64,000 nucleotides of DNA from Oscillospiraceae bacterium (GTDB lineage: Bacteria; Bacillota; Clostridia; Oscillospirales; Oscillospiraceae): the NCBI GenBank assembly GCA_022797115.1, contig JAAWKB010000003.1, positions 3 through 64,002 of the forward strand, in the 5' to 3' direction. Positions within the stretch are counted from its first letter, which is position 1, and each line of letters begins with the position of its first letter. The translations under genes were made by a program, and so were the position numbers. The notes beneath the pieces were generated by a model. It was not told the DNA's origin. It saw nothing but the letters and a program-made list of their open reading frames with translations, and ran no database searches. Of this stretch, positions 51,315 through 63,098 are shown piece by piece.

Positions 51315-52775
51315 ATGGCAAGTAAGTATGATGGGCTGGCCCGTATTATTATCCAAAATGTGGGCGGCAAGCAGAACATCAACAGCATCACCCACTGCAT
51401 CACCCGGCTGCGCTTTAAACTCAAGGACGAGAGCAAGGCAAACACCGATATCCTCAACCAGACGGACGGCGTACTCAAGGTTATCCAGGCCAACGGCCAG
51501 TACCAGGTGGTCATCGGCAACGCGGTTGGCGAGGTCTACGACGCGGTGCTGGAGGTCGGGCACCTCCAGGGCATGGGCACGGTAGACGAGGACGGCAACG
51601 CCATTGAGGATGACAGTCCCTCCGGCGGCAAGAAGAACATTGCCACCATCCTCATCGACATGATCTCCGGCATCATGGCGCCTACCATCACCCTGCTGGG
51701 CGCCTCCGGTATCATCAAGGGCGTTCTGACGCTGCTGACCTTCTTCAACCTGCTGGACGCCTCCGGCGGCGCGTACATGATCTGGTATACTGTGGCCGAC
51801 GGCTTCTTCTACTTCCTGCCGGTCATCCTGGGCTACACCGCTGCGAAGAAGTTCAAGATGAGCGAGTACACAGGCATGGCGCTTGGTATTTCCCTGTGCT
51901 ACCCCACCATGGTGGCCCTCAAGGGCGGCGAGGCCCTAGGGACGGTGCTGACCGGGACTGCCTTTGAGATGAGCTTCTATACCTCCTTCTTCGGCATACC
52001 CGTGATCTTCCCCTCCTCCGGCTACACCTCCTCCGTTATCCCCATCGTGATCTGCTGCTTCTTTGCGGCCAAGCTGGAGAAGTGGCTCAACCAGCACCTG
52101 TCCGACATGATCAAGAACTTCATTACCCCGGTGTGCGTACTGGTGATCATGTCCTCTCTGACCTACCTGATCATCGGACCTGTGTCCGGCATCATCTGCG
52201 GCGTGCTGACCCTGGTGTTCGAGACCCTGTTCAACATCCCCGTCGTCGGCGCAACCCTGGGCTGCATCATTGTCGGCGCATTCTGGCAGGTCCTGGTCAT
52301 CTTCGGTTTCCACTGGTCGGTCATCCCCCTGGGCTATATCAACCTGGCCAACCTGGGCTATGACTTCATTATGCCCGGTACCTTCGCCACCCCCTTCGCC
52401 CAGGCGGGCGCGGTGCTGGCGGTGATCCTGCGCACCAAGGACCAGCGGCTGAAGAAGATCGGCATCCCGGCCTTCATCTCCTGCATGTTCGGCATCACAG
52501 AGCCGGTCATCTACGGCGTCAACCTGCCCAAGAAGAACCCCTTCATTGCCGGCTGTATCGGCTCCGGTATTGCGGGCGCTTTGGTGGGTATCCTGGGTGC
52601 GAAGCGCTACATCCCCGGCGGCCTGGGCCTGTTCGGCCTGCCCGGCTACATTGACGCCGGTGGCACCGGCCTGTTCAGCATGTGGGTTGTGCTGGTTGCC
52701 TCCATCATCGCCTTTGCCATCGCCCTGGTCATCGGCCTGGCGACCTACAAGGAGGACGGCGTCAAGGCGAAGTAA
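51315..52775 (+). CDS. PTS beta-glucoside-family transporter, EIIB-EIIC
   Basis: ORF 51294..52775. ATG 51315 behind aaggagagg. EIIB NINSITHCITRLRF (phospho-Cys) followed by a polytopic EIIC. Confidence 0.9.
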   Translation: MASKYDGLARIIIQNVGGKQNINSITHCITRLRFKLKDESKANTDILNQTDGVLKVIQANGQYQVVIGNAVGEVYDAVLEVGHLQGMGTVDEDGNAIEDDSPSGGKKNIATILIDMISGIMAPTITLLGASGIIKGVLTLLTFFNLLDASGGAYMIWYTVADGFFYFLPVILGYTAAKKFKMSEYTGMALGISLCYPTMVALKGGEALGTVLTGTAFEMSFYTSFFGIPVIFPSSGYTSSVIPIVICCFFAAKLEKWLNQHLSDMIKNFITPVCVLVIMSSLTYLIIGPVSGIICGVLTLVFETLFNIPVVGATLGCIIVGAFWQVLVIFGFHWSVIPLGYINLANLGYDFIMPGTFATPFAQAGAVLAVILRTKDQRLKKIGIPAFISCMFGITEPVIYGVNLPKKNPFIAGCIGSGIAGALVGILGAKRYIPGGLGLFGLPGYIDAGGTGLFSMWVVLVASIIAFAIALVIGLATYKEDGVKAK

Positions 52776-52826
52776 TCCCCGATAACCGCATACTCTGACC
52801 GCCGTTGGTTTTGGATCAACTGACGC

Positions 52827-52858
52827 GGCAAAGCCGTGTTGCAGAACACGGCTTTGCC
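52827..52858 (+). terminator. strong hairpin downstream of EIIBC (possible internal terminator or attenuator)
   Basis: Perfect 14-bp stem ggcaaagccgtgtt/gcag/aacacggctttgcc; weak T-tail (cattt). Confidence 0.5.
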
Positions 52859-53034
52859 CATTTCTCCATCACCTGCACGGATCGCCCTGTAAAATGGGCC
52901 CCAGCCTAGGGCGTGTTTGAAAAATGTCAAAACGCCCAAACGGCGGATCTTTTTCCGCTGGACAGCGTTAAAAAATCTCTCGCTTTTGGTCATTCTGCCA
53001 TTGATCAGACAAGCCCCAGATAAAGCGTAGATTT

Positions 53035-54539
<1,505 letters not shown>

Positions 54540-54552
54540 GGGGGGGACGGAC

Positions 54553-55821
54553 GTGGCGCTTTGCGTATCCCAGAACCACCTGGTCCGGGACGGCCGGCAC
54601 TTCTTCTGGCTGGCGGACACCTGCTGGAGCGCGTTCACAAATATTAGCGAAGGCGAGTGGCAGGAATATCTTGACATTCGGGCAAAACAGCGGTTTAATG
54701 TATTACAGATCAACACCCTGCCCCAGTGGGACCGCTGCGGGACCGGGCAGCCCTGGCAGCCCTTCCCGCTGCTGGAGGACGGTATGCGCTACGACTTCTC
54801 CACCCTCCGGCAGGACTACTTTGACCGCGCCCAGCGCATGTGCCGGGCCGCCGTGGACCGGGGCTTCACCCTGGCCCTGGTGGTTATGTGGTGCAACTAC
54901 GTGCCGGACACCTGGGCCAGCAAGATTTACAGCGGCAATATTATCCCCGAGGAGCGGGTGGAGCCCATTGTGCGCGCCATCTGCGAGAGCTTCAATGAAT
55001 TTGAACCGGTCTATCTCGTCAGCGGCGACACCGGGTTTGACAGCGAGGCATCCATTGCCCGCTACCGCCTGGTGACGGATCTGGTGGACCGCTATGCCCC
55101 CGGCGCGCTGAAGGCCTACCACATCAAGGGCCGCTACGACGGCCTGCCCCAGGAGTTTGGGGAGCGGGCGGACCTGTACCTCTACCAGTCCGGCCACAAT
55201 GCCGCCGCCCAGGGGATGTGCCATCAGCTGGCGGAGCATTTCACCGCCCGTTCGCCCCGCCGCCCGGTCATCAACAGCGAGCCCTGCTATGAGCAGATGG
55301 GATATAGCCACAAGCTCTACGGCCGGTTCCGCCGCCCGGAGACCCGTTCTGCCCTCTGGAACAGCCTGCTGGCCGGGGCCTGTGCCGGGATCACCTACGG
55401 CGCCCACGGCGTATGGAACTGGTGGATCCCCGGCCAGCCCAAGAACCCCATTGGCGGCGAGGGCTTTTTGCAGGCCCAGCCCCACCAGGCGGCCCTCCGG
55501 TTCCCTGGTGCGGCGGACTTCGCTTTCGCCCGGCAGTTCTTTGAGGAGAGGGCCATCACCGCCGTCCAGCCCTGCCAGGAGGTCCTGGTGCAGTACGGGG
55601 AATCCATCCGCGCCGCCAGGGCCGGGGATGCGCTGCTGCTGTATGTGCCCACCAGCGCGCCGCTGGCCCTGCACGGGGACTGGTCCGGCTATACCGCCAC
55701 CGCCATCCAGCTGGATGGGGATGGGCGCACGGCGCTGTCCCTGGCGTACCGGGAGGGCGTGACTGAGCTGGAGATGCACCCCTACTATGACGATGCGTTG
55801 ATCGTGCTGGAAAAGGCATAA
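54553..55821 (+). CDS. DUF4038-domain putative glycoside hydrolase (GH140-like)
   Basis: GTG start. RDGRHFFWLADTCWSAF...RFNVLQIN matches the DUF4038 N-terminal signature. Confidence 0.65.
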   Translation: MALCVSQNHLVRDGRHFFWLADTCWSAFTNISEGEWQEYLDIRAKQRFNVLQINTLPQWDRCGTGQPWQPFPLLEDGMRYDFSTLRQDYFDRAQRMCRAAVDRGFTLALVVMWCNYVPDTWASKIYSGNIIPEERVEPIVRAICESFNEFEPVYLVSGDTGFDSEASIARYRLVTDLVDRYAPGALKAYHIKGRYDGLPQEFGERADLYLYQSGHNAAAQGMCHQLAEHFTARSPRRPVINSEPCYEQMGYSHKLYGRFRRPETRSALWNSLLAGACAGITYGAHGVWNWWIPGQPKNPIGGEGFLQAQPHQAALRFPGAADFAFARQFFEERAITAVQPCQEVLVQYGESIRAARAGDALLLYVPTSAPLALHGDWSGYTATAIQLDGDGRTALSLAYREGVTELEMHPYYDDALIVLEKA

Positions 55822-55915
55822 TACCATGGAGGGCCCCTTCCTTTTCCGCACGGCTGCGATAAAAAGGAAACACTGTTTCGGAGAGCCGTACAAATTAACA
55901 GGAGGTATCAGAACC

Positions 55916-56428
55916 ATGGGCTTATTCGACTTTTTAAAGGGTAAGGAGCAGGCCGCCCCCGCCGCTGCCGTCACCTTCCCCGCGATCCTCGGCGCACCCT
56001 CCAAGGGCACCTACGTGCCGATGAACCAGATCCCCGACGAGATGTTCTCCCAGGGCATCATGGGCGTCTGCTGCGGCGTGGCCCCTGAGGAGGGCAAAGT
56101 GTTCGCCCCCATTGACGCCAAGATTACCCAGCTGACCGACACCCTCCACGCCATCGGTATGGAGGCGGGCGGCATGGAGATCCTGATTCATGTGGGCGTG
56201 GACACGGTGGAGATGAACGGCGACGGCTTCACCAACTCCGTCAAGGAGGGGCAGATGGTGAAGAAGGGCGATCCGCTGCTGACCATGGATCTGGGCAAGA
56301 TCCAGGCGGCCGGCCACGCCACCACCGTCATCATGGCCGTCACCAACACCGACGACTTCGCCTCCGTGGATGAGGTCGCCTCCGGCGCGGTCCAGCCCGG
56401 CGACGATGTGCTGCGCGTGAACAAATAA
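55916..56428 (+). CDS. PTS EIIA component, glucose subfamily
   Basis: ORF 55826..56428. ATG 55916 behind aggaggt. FSQGIMG...TLHAIGME...EILIHVGVDTV (two conserved His). Confidence 0.9.
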   Translation: MGLFDFLKGKEQAAPAAAVTFPAILGAPSKGTYVPMNQIPDEMFSQGIMGVCCGVAPEEGKVFAPIDAKITQLTDTLHAIGMEAGGMEILIHVGVDTVEMNGDGFTNSVKEGQMVKKGDPLLTMDLGKIQAAGHATTVIMAVTNTDDFASVDEVASGAVQPGDDVLRVNK

Positions 56429-56490
56429 TCCGGCAGGAGCCGCCAGGCTCCGGAATACAAACCAGATGGAAGAGAAAGGATGTAACCACC

Positions 56491-56751
56491 ATGAAGCAGT
56501 TCCAGTATGTCATTAATGACCCCATCGGCATCCATGCCCGCCCCGCCGGGCTGCTGGTCAAGGCCGCCAAGGCCCTTGACAGCGCCATCACTGTGGAGAA
56601 GGAGGGCGGCAAGTCCGCCTCCGCAACCAAGCTCATGGCCGTGATGGGCCTGGGCGTCAAGGGCGGCGACACCGTGATTGTCTCTGCCGAGGGCGGCGAC
56701 GAGGACGCCAGCATCGCCGCTATGGAGCAGTTCTTCAAGGACAACCTGTAA
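56491..56751 (+). CDS. ptsH: phosphocarrier protein HPr
   Basis: GIHARPA (His15) and KSASATKLM (Ser46 region); 86 aa. Confidence 0.92.
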   Translation: MKQFQYVINDPIGIHARPAGLLVKAAKALDSAITVEKEGGKSASATKLMAVMGLGVKGGDTVIVSAEGGDEDASIAAMEQFFKDNL

Positions 56752-56777
56752 CAAAAAAATAAGGAGGAAGCAAGCCC

Positions 56778-58412
56778 ATGCAGGTAGCAACGGGTAAATC
56801 CATTCTTAATGGCGTGGCCATCGGCCCGCTGCGCATCTACCGCAAGGAGGAGACCCAGACCGCCGTCTCCTCCACGCTGACGGTGGCGGAGGAGCTGGCC
56901 CGCTTTGACTCCGCCCGGGTGAAGGCCCAGGAGCAGCTGGGCGCCCTCTATGAGAAGGCGCTGGACGAGGTAGGCGAGGAGAACGCCGCTATCTTCGAGA
57001 TCCATGAGATGATGCTGGATGACGACGACTATCTGGACGCGGTCAAGAGCATCATCGAGACCCAGGGGGCTACTGCGGAGTACGCCGTCGCCACCACAGG
57101 GGAGAATTTCGCCGCCGCCTTTGCCGATATGGAGGACGCCTATATGAAGGCCCGCGCCACGGACATCAAGGATGTCTCGTCCCGCGTGGTGAACATCCTC
57201 AGCGGCGCCACAGAGGGCAACGCCCTGGGGGATGAGCCTTCCATCCTGGTGGCTGACGACCTCACCCCCAGCGAGACCGTGCAGTTGGACAAGAGCAAGC
57301 TGCTGGGCTTCATCACCCGCTACGGTTCCTCCAACAGCCATACCGCCATTCTGGCCCGGACCATGAACATCCCCGCCCTGATCGGCGTGGAGTATGATGA
57401 CAGCTGGGACGGGAAGCTGGCTGTTCTGGACGGATATAACCACTGCGTTTACGTGGACCCCGCCCCGGAGCTTCTGACCACGATGGAGGAGAAGCGCAAG
57501 GAGGACCTCAAGCAGGAGGCCCTGCTCCAGGGCCTGAAGAAGAAGCCCAATGTTACCCTGGACGGCAAGGAGATCAAGGTCTACGCCAATATCGGCAACG
57601 CCAGCGACGTGGGGCTGGTGCTCCAGAACGACGCGGGCGGCATCGGCCTGTTCCGCAGCGAGTTTATCTATCTGGACAGCCAAGATTTCCCCACCGAGGA
57701 TGAGCAGTTCGCCATCTATAAGCGGGTGGCGGAGACCATGGCCGGCAAGAAGGTCATCATCCGCACCCTGGACATTGGCGCGGATAAGCAGGCGTCCTAC
57801 TTCAACCTGGACAAGGAGGAGAACCCCGCCCTGGGCTACCGGGCCATCCGCATCTGCCTGACCAGGAAGGATATCTTCAAGGCGCAGCTGCGCGCCATCC
57901 TGCGGGCCAGCGCCTACGGCACGGTGTCCATCATGTTCCCCATGATTATCTCCGTGCGGGAGATCCGGGACGCGAAGGACATTCTGGAGGAATGCCGCAG
58001 GGAGCTGCGGGAGAAGGGCGTACCCATGGGCGAGGTGGAGATCGGCATTATGATCGAGACCCCGGCGGCAGTGATGCTTGCCGACGAGCTTGCCGAGGAG
58101 GTCGAGTTCTTCTCCTTGGGCACCAACGACCTGACCCAGTACACCCTGGCGATTGACCGGCAGAACCCCAAGCTGGACGCATTCTACGACGCCCACCACC
58201 CCGCTGTGCTGCGCATGATCCGCCAGACGGTGGAGGCCGGCCACCGGCACGGCTGCTGGGTGGGGATCTGCGGCGAGCTGGGCGCGGACCTGACCCTGAC
58301 AGAGACCTTCCTCCGTATGGGCGTGGATGAGCTGAGCGTATCCCCGCCGGCGGTCCTGCCCCTGCGCAAGAAGATCCGCAGCCTGGATCTGAGCAAGGAG
58401 CCGGAGGCGTAA
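56778..58412 (+). CDS. ptsI: phosphoenolpyruvate-protein phosphotransferase (Enzyme I)
   Basis: GSSNSHTAILAR (active His), GGIGLFRSEF, FFSLGTNDLTQYTLA. Confidence 0.93.
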   Translation: MQVATGKSILNGVAIGPLRIYRKEETQTAVSSTLTVAEELARFDSARVKAQEQLGALYEKALDEVGEENAAIFEIHEMMLDDDDYLDAVKSIIETQGATAEYAVATTGENFAAAFADMEDAYMKARATDIKDVSSRVVNILSGATEGNALGDEPSILVADDLTPSETVQLDKSKLLGFITRYGSSNSHTAILARTMNIPALIGVEYDDSWDGKLAVLDGYNHCVYVDPAPELLTTMEEKRKEDLKQEALLQGLKKKPNVTLDGKEIKVYANIGNASDVGLVLQNDAGGIGLFRSEFIYLDSQDFPTEDEQFAIYKRVAETMAGKKVIIRTLDIGADKQASYFNLDKEENPALGYRAIRICLTRKDIFKAQLRAILRASAYGTVSIMFPMIISVREIRDAKDILEECRRELREKGVPMGEVEIGIMIETPAAVMLADELAEEVEFFSLGTNDLTQYTLAIDRQNPKLDAFYDAHHPAVLRMIRQTVEAGHRHGCWVGICGELGADLTLTETFLRMGVDELSVSPPAVLPLRKKIRSLDLSKEPEA

Positions 58413-58460
58413 TCCCCCGATGGGTTTGCTCCGGCACAGCCTGCGCCCCGGATGGTTTAT

Positions 58461-58516
58461 GATGCTTTTTTGACACAGAGAGACCCCGCGCCGGCAGGCG
58501 CGGGGTCTCTCTGTGT
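58461..58516 (+). repeat. CTTTTTTGACAC motif plus GC hairpin (short form)
   Basis: gatgcttttttgacac (58461-58476) overlapping a 20-bp stem acacagagagaccccgcgcc/ggca/ggcgcggggtctctctgtgt (58473-58516). Confidence 0.6.
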
Positions 58517-58521
58517 TTCTA

Positions 58522-59865
58522 TCAGACAGCCCGCAGGAATTCTCCGCTGGCAGGCTGGCTTTCATCCGTCCTGGCCGTTGCCTGCAGGGGGGCAGCCGCC
58601 TCCTGGACAGGCAGCGGTGCGCGCCGCTGCTGGGCGTTCGCCAGCATGAGCTTCAGGCGGTTTTCCTGGTTGACCTTCGTGGCCCCGGCGTCGTAGTCGA
58701 TGGCGACGATGTTGATTTCCGGGTGCTGGGCCTTGACCGGCTTCATCATCCCCTTGCCACAGATGTGGTTGGGCAGGCAGCCGAAGGGCTGGGTACAAAC
58801 AATGTTGCTCACGCCCTTGTCCGCCAGCTCCAGCATCTCCGCCGTCAGCAGCCAGCCCTCGCCCATCTTGACCCCCATGCTGATGGTCCCCTGGACAAGG
58901 CCGATGGTGTGGGTGAAGAGGGTGGGCGGCGCGAAGCGGCCGTGGCGCACCATGATATCAATGAGGTCCCGCTCCTTGCCCAGCAGGTAGCGGTATGCGG
59001 CCCGGTAGGCCAGCTGCATCCGCTTCTGCATCCCGTAGAGCTTGTGGTCCAGCAGGTTGTTGTATACGCAGTACAGGCAGAAGTCCAGCAGGCCCGGGAT
59101 CACCACCTCGGCCCCCTCGTCCACCAAAAACTGCTCCAGGTTGTTGTTCCCCAGGGGGGAGTATTTGACAAAAATCTCCCCCACCACGCCAACCAGGACC
59201 TTCTCCGTTTTTTCCATTGGCAGGGCGGCGAAATCGTCCAGAATCCGCCGGTAATTGGCCTTCACCTGCCGGTAGCTGGCCTGTTCGCCCATCTCCCGCG
59301 CCAGCCGCTCCGTCCAGTTGGCGGCCAGGGCCTGGGCGCTGCCCGGTTCCAGCTCATAGGGCTTGCACTGGTTGACCAGCGTCATCAGCAGGTCGCCGTA
59401 CAGCACCCCATACATCATCTTCATGGCCAGCGGCACCGTCAGCCGGAAACCGGGGTGGGTCTCCAGCCCCGCCAGGCTCAGGGAGATGACCGGCACATGG
59501 CCCAGCCCCGCCTTCTCCAGGGCCTTGCGCAGCAGGTGGATGTAGTTGGACGCCCGGCAGCCGCCGCCGGTCTGGAAGAGGATCAGAGCCACCTTGTCCG
59601 GGTCGTACTTCCCGCTTTGCAGGGCATCGATGAACTGGCCGATCACCAGGATGGCGGGGTAGCAGGTGTCGTTGTGGACGTACTTCAGCCCTGCCTCCGC
59701 GATCCGGGGGCCGCTGGTCTCCAGCAGCTCCACCTTGTAGCCCGCCTGCCCAAGGACCTTGCCGATGATTTTAAAATGCATGGGCAGCATGTTGGGCACC
59801 AGGATCGTGTGGGTGGCTTTCATGGCCTCCGTAAACACCACATAGCCCTTCTCACTGTTGACCAT
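58522..59865 (-). CDS. 2-hydroxyacyl-CoA dehydratase-family protein (DUF2229-type, activase partner)
   Basis: LPMHFKIIGKVLGQAGYKVELL...VHNDTCYPAILVIGQFIDAL...GGGCRASNY is typical of this family; 447 aa. Confidence 0.7.
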   Translation of the reverse strand: MVNSEKGYVVFTEAMKATHTILVPNMLPMHFKIIGKVLGQAGYKVELLETSGPRIAEAGLKYVHNDTCYPAILVIGQFIDALQSGKYDPDKVALILFQTGGGCRASNYIHLLRKALEKAGLGHVPVISLSLAGLETHPGFRLTVPLAMKMMYGVLYGDLLMTLVNQCKPYELEPGSAQALAANWTERLAREMGEQASYRQVKANYRRILDDFAALPMEKTEKVLVGVVGEIFVKYSPLGNNNLEQFLVDEGAEVVIPGLLDFCLYCVYNNLLDHKLYGMQKRMQLAYRAAYRYLLGKERDLIDIMVRHGRFAPPTLFTHTIGLVQGTISMGVKMGEGWLLTAEMLELADKGVSNIVCTQPFGCLPNHICGKGMMKPVKAQHPEINIVAIDYDAGATKVNQENRLKLMLANAQQRRAPLPVQEAAAPLQATARTDESQPASGEFLRAV

Positions 59866-59868
59866 TGC

Positions 59869-62811
59869 TTACACTCCCTTCTCCTCCAGCGCGCCAATGA
59901 GGCTCCGCAGCCGGATCTTGACCGCGCCCAGGTTCGTGATTTCGTCAATTTTGATCTGTGTATACAGCTTCCCGGCCTCATCCAGGATGCGCCGCACCTC
60001 GTCGGTGGTGATGGCGTCCACGCCGCAGCCGAAGCTCACCAGCTGTACCAGCTGGGTGTCGTTGTGCCCGCAGGCGTACCGGGCCGCCCGGTAGAGCCGG
60101 GCGTGGTAGGTCCACTGGTTGAGCACATGGACCGGCGCGGGGTCCGCCAAATGGCAGATGCTGTCCTCGCTGACCACCACGAAGCCCAGGGAGGCGGCCA
60201 GCTTGTCGATGCCGTGGCCAATCTCCGGGTCGATATGGTAGGGCCGCCCGGCCAGGATCATGATCCGTTTCCCGTGGGCCCGGGCCCAGGCTACGGCCTG
60301 CTCCCCTTGGCTGCGCACCGCCGCCATATGGGCCTCATAGGCGGCGAAGGCCGCGTCCACCGCCTTGCGGATCTCCCGCTTTGTGATGCCGGGGAACGCC
60401 GGCCCCAGGCAGGCAAAGAGCTCCTTGGACAGCTCCCGGCGGTTGTTGATATTCAGGAAGGGAGAGAGGAACCGGGTCCGCTCCAGGTCGTCCATATTGC
60501 CCCGGAGCAGCTCGGCGTAGTAGGCCACCACCGGGCAGTTGTAGTAGTTGTCCCCCGCCCGCTCATCCACGTTGTAGGTCAGGCTGGGGTAGAAGATGGC
60601 GTCCACGCCCCGCTCCAGCAGTACCTCGATGTGCCCGTGCATGATCTTGGCCGGGTAGCAGGCGGTATCGGAGGGGATGGAGAACTGCCCCTTCTCATAG
60701 ATCCGCCTGCTGGAGAGCCCGGAGACCTCCACCCGAAAGCCCAGCTGGGTGAACAGGGCGCGCCACAGGGGCAGCAGCTCGTACATCCCCAGGGCCAGCG
60801 GCAGGCCGATGGTCCCCCGGAGCTCCGCCCCCGGCTGGGGGGAGAGCAGCGCCTCCCGTTTCCAGGTATAGAGGTTGGGCAGCTCCTCGGCGTTGGCAAG
60901 GCCCAGGCCCTTCTGGCACTGGTTGCCGGAGATATATTTTTTCTTGTCCCCGAAGCTGTTGACGGTCAGGCGGCAGTGGTTGGCGCAGCCCTGGCAGAGC
61001 GCGGCCTTGGCCGTATGTACAAATGCCTTCAGCCCTTCCGGGGAGATCAGGCCGGAGCGGGGGTCGGACACCGTTTCCATGGCGTACAGCGCCGCGCCAT
61101 AGGCGCCCATCAGCCCGGCAATGGCGGGGCGGATGACCTGCTTGCCCAGCTCCTGCTCAAAGGCCCGCAGGACCGCGTCGTTGTAGAAGGTGCCGCCCTG
61201 GACCACCACATGGTCCCCCAGCTCATCGGCGCTGCTGGCCCGGATGACCTTGTAGACGGCGTTTTTCACCACGCTGATGGAGAGCCCGGCGGAGATATCC
61301 TCCACCGTGGCCCCGTCCTTCTGGGACTGCTTGACGGAGGAATTCATGAACACGGTACACCGGCTACCCAGATTCACCGGGGCGGCGCTTTGCAGGCCCT
61401 TCCCCGCAAATTCCGCAACGCCGCAGCCCATGGACTTGGCAAAGGTCTCGATAAAGGAGCCGCAGCCGGAGGAACATGCCTCGTTGAGCATGATCGAGTC
61501 GATTGCGCCGTTTTTGATCTTGAAGCACTTGATGTCCTGGCCGCCGATATCCAGGATGAAATCCACCTGGGGGCAGAAGTGCTTGGCCGCCGTGTAGTGG
61601 GCGATGGTTTCCACCACGCCCCGGTCCACACCGAAAGCGGCCTGGATGAGCTCCTCGCCGTAGCCGGTGACGGCGCTGCCCAGGATCTCCACCCGGTCCC
61701 CGCAGCGGGCGTAGATGGCCTCCAGCTGCTCCCGGACAATCTCCACCGGGTTGCCCCGGTTGGAGCTGTAGTAGGTGTACAGCAGCTCCCTGTCCCGCCC
61801 CAGCAGGGCCAGCTTGGTGGTGGTGCTGCCGCAGTCGATGCCCAGCCAGGCCCCGCCCCGGTAGGCGTCCAGATCCCCCTCCGGCACGGTGGCGGCGGCG
61901 TGGCGGGCGCGGAATGCCTCATAGTCCGCCGGGGAGGAGAACAGGGGCGGCAGGAGGTTGGCCGTATCCCGCAGGGGGGAGCTGGCCGCAATCTTTTGCC
62001 GCAGCTGGTCCATGGTGCAGGCTGCGCCTGCGTTTTGGGCGTAGAGGGCCGCGCCCATGGCCACGGCAAACCGGCCGTAGTCCGGGAACACCGCCTGGTC
62101 GCTGGTGAGCTTCAGCGTCTCCTGGAACCGGCGGCGCAGGCCCTTGCAGTAGTAGAGGGGCCCGCCCAGGAACAGGACCTTCCCCGTAATCCGGCGGCCC
62201 TGCGCCAAACCGGCGATGGTCTGGTTGACCACCGCCTGATAGATGCTGGCGGCCACGTCGGCGTGCTTGGCCCCCTGGTTGAGCAGGGGCTGGATGTCCG
62301 TCTTGGCGAACACGCCGCACCGGGACGCAATGGGGTAGAGGCGGGTGCTCTCCAGGCTCAGCGCATCCAGCTCGTCAGCGGTGACGTTCAGGAGGGTGGC
62401 CATCTGGTCGATGAAGGCCCCGGTCCCGCCGGCGCAGGAGCCGTTCATCCGCTCGTCTATGCCGCCGTCAAAGAAAATGATCTTTGCGTCCTCCCCGCCC
62501 AGCTCCACGACGGCGGAGGCGTCCGGCTCCAGGGTGCGCACCACCTCGCTGGTGGCGAACACCTCCTGGACAAAGGGCACGCCCGCCCCCTCCGCCAGGC
62601 CCAGCCCCGCAGAGCCGGAGATGGCGGCGGTGAGGGGGTGGCCGCCTGCGATGGGGGCTGCCTCCGCCAGCAGCTCCAGGATCTTCTGCCGCACCTGGGA
62701 GAAGTGGCGCTGGTATTTTTCGTATAGGATTTGTCCGTCCTCCACCAGGACCACCTTGGCCGTAGTGGAGCCGATGTCTATGCCTAGGGTAAGGCTGTCG
62801 TGCTGCTTCAT
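59869..62811 (-). CDS. acyl-CoA dehydratase activase-type protein (two BadF/BadG/BcrA/BcrD ATPase domains plus a C-terminal dehydratase-like region)
   Basis: ORF 59869..62877. Start set at MKQHDSLTLGIDIGSTTAKVV (62811). Second ATPase domain begins at AWLGIDCGSTTTKLAL. Cys motifs NEACSSGCGSF. Confidence 0.8.
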   Translation of the reverse strand: MKQHDSLTLGIDIGSTTAKVVLVEDGQILYEKYQRHFSQVRQKILELLAEAAPIAGGHPLTAAISGSAGLGLAEGAGVPFVQEVFATSEVVRTLEPDASAVVELGGEDAKIIFFDGGIDERMNGSCAGGTGAFIDQMATLLNVTADELDALSLESTRLYPIASRCGVFAKTDIQPLLNQGAKHADVAASIYQAVVNQTIAGLAQGRRITGKVLFLGGPLYYCKGLRRRFQETLKLTSDQAVFPDYGRFAVAMGAALYAQNAGAACTMDQLRQKIAASSPLRDTANLLPPLFSSPADYEAFRARHAAATVPEGDLDAYRGGAWLGIDCGSTTTKLALLGRDRELLYTYYSSNRGNPVEIVREQLEAIYARCGDRVEILGSAVTGYGEELIQAAFGVDRGVVETIAHYTAAKHFCPQVDFILDIGGQDIKCFKIKNGAIDSIMLNEACSSGCGSFIETFAKSMGCGVAEFAGKGLQSAAPVNLGSRCTVFMNSSVKQSQKDGATVEDISAGLSISVVKNAVYKVIRASSADELGDHVVVQGGTFYNDAVLRAFEQELGKQVIRPAIAGLMGAYGAALYAMETVSDPRSGLISPEGLKAFVHTAKAALCQGCANHCRLTVNSFGDKKKYISGNQCQKGLGLANAEELPNLYTWKREALLSPQPGAELRGTIGLPLALGMYELLPLWRALFTQLGFRVEVSGLSSRRIYEKGQFSIPSDTACYPAKIMHGHIEVLLERGVDAIFYPSLTYNVDERAGDNYYNCPVVAYYAELLRGNMDDLERTRFLSPFLNINNRRELSKELFACLGPAFPGITKREIRKAVDAAFAAYEAHMAAVRSQGEQAVAWARAHGKRIMILAGRPYHIDPEIGHGIDKLAASLGFVVVSEDSICHLADPAPVHVLNQWTYHARLYRAARYACGHNDTQLVQLVSFGCGVDAITTDEVRRILDEAGKLYTQIKIDEITNLGAVKIRLRSLIGALEEKGV

Positions 62812-63098
62812 ATAAAACTCCAAGCCCTGATGAGGACTGTTTCTCATTTTACGCGCAGTGCGCCAATTGTTTGGCATTATAGCACAAAAGCCGGGGTTTG
62901 TTTATGGACAAAGTGTAAAATATGTGTTAAGGATTTCGGGCGCAAAGCACTCAGAACCGCCAAAAATGTTCCCGGGGCATCCCGCAGCCCGGGGCGGCAG
63001 CCGCAAATTCTGTCGCCGGATGCCTTGCAAAGCGCGCCTCTATCCGTTATACTGTTGAGGATAACCGCCGGCCAGCCCGGCAGGAGGAGGAGAAGGTT

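Noticed and set aside
58513-62727. 1404-aa ORF on the plus strand (and similar giants: 21735..24920 +, 34920..37787 -, 13523..15586 -, 15806..17344 -, 18045..19979 +, 56340..58565 -, 3358..4728 -, 47278..48519 +, 48458..49939 +, 54703..56010 -)
   Set aside because: Each lies antisense to a gene with clear family signatures. Their products are low-complexity and rich in G/A/P/R/H/Q/L/V, with no motifs. Such stop-free antisense frames are expected in ~60% GC DNA.
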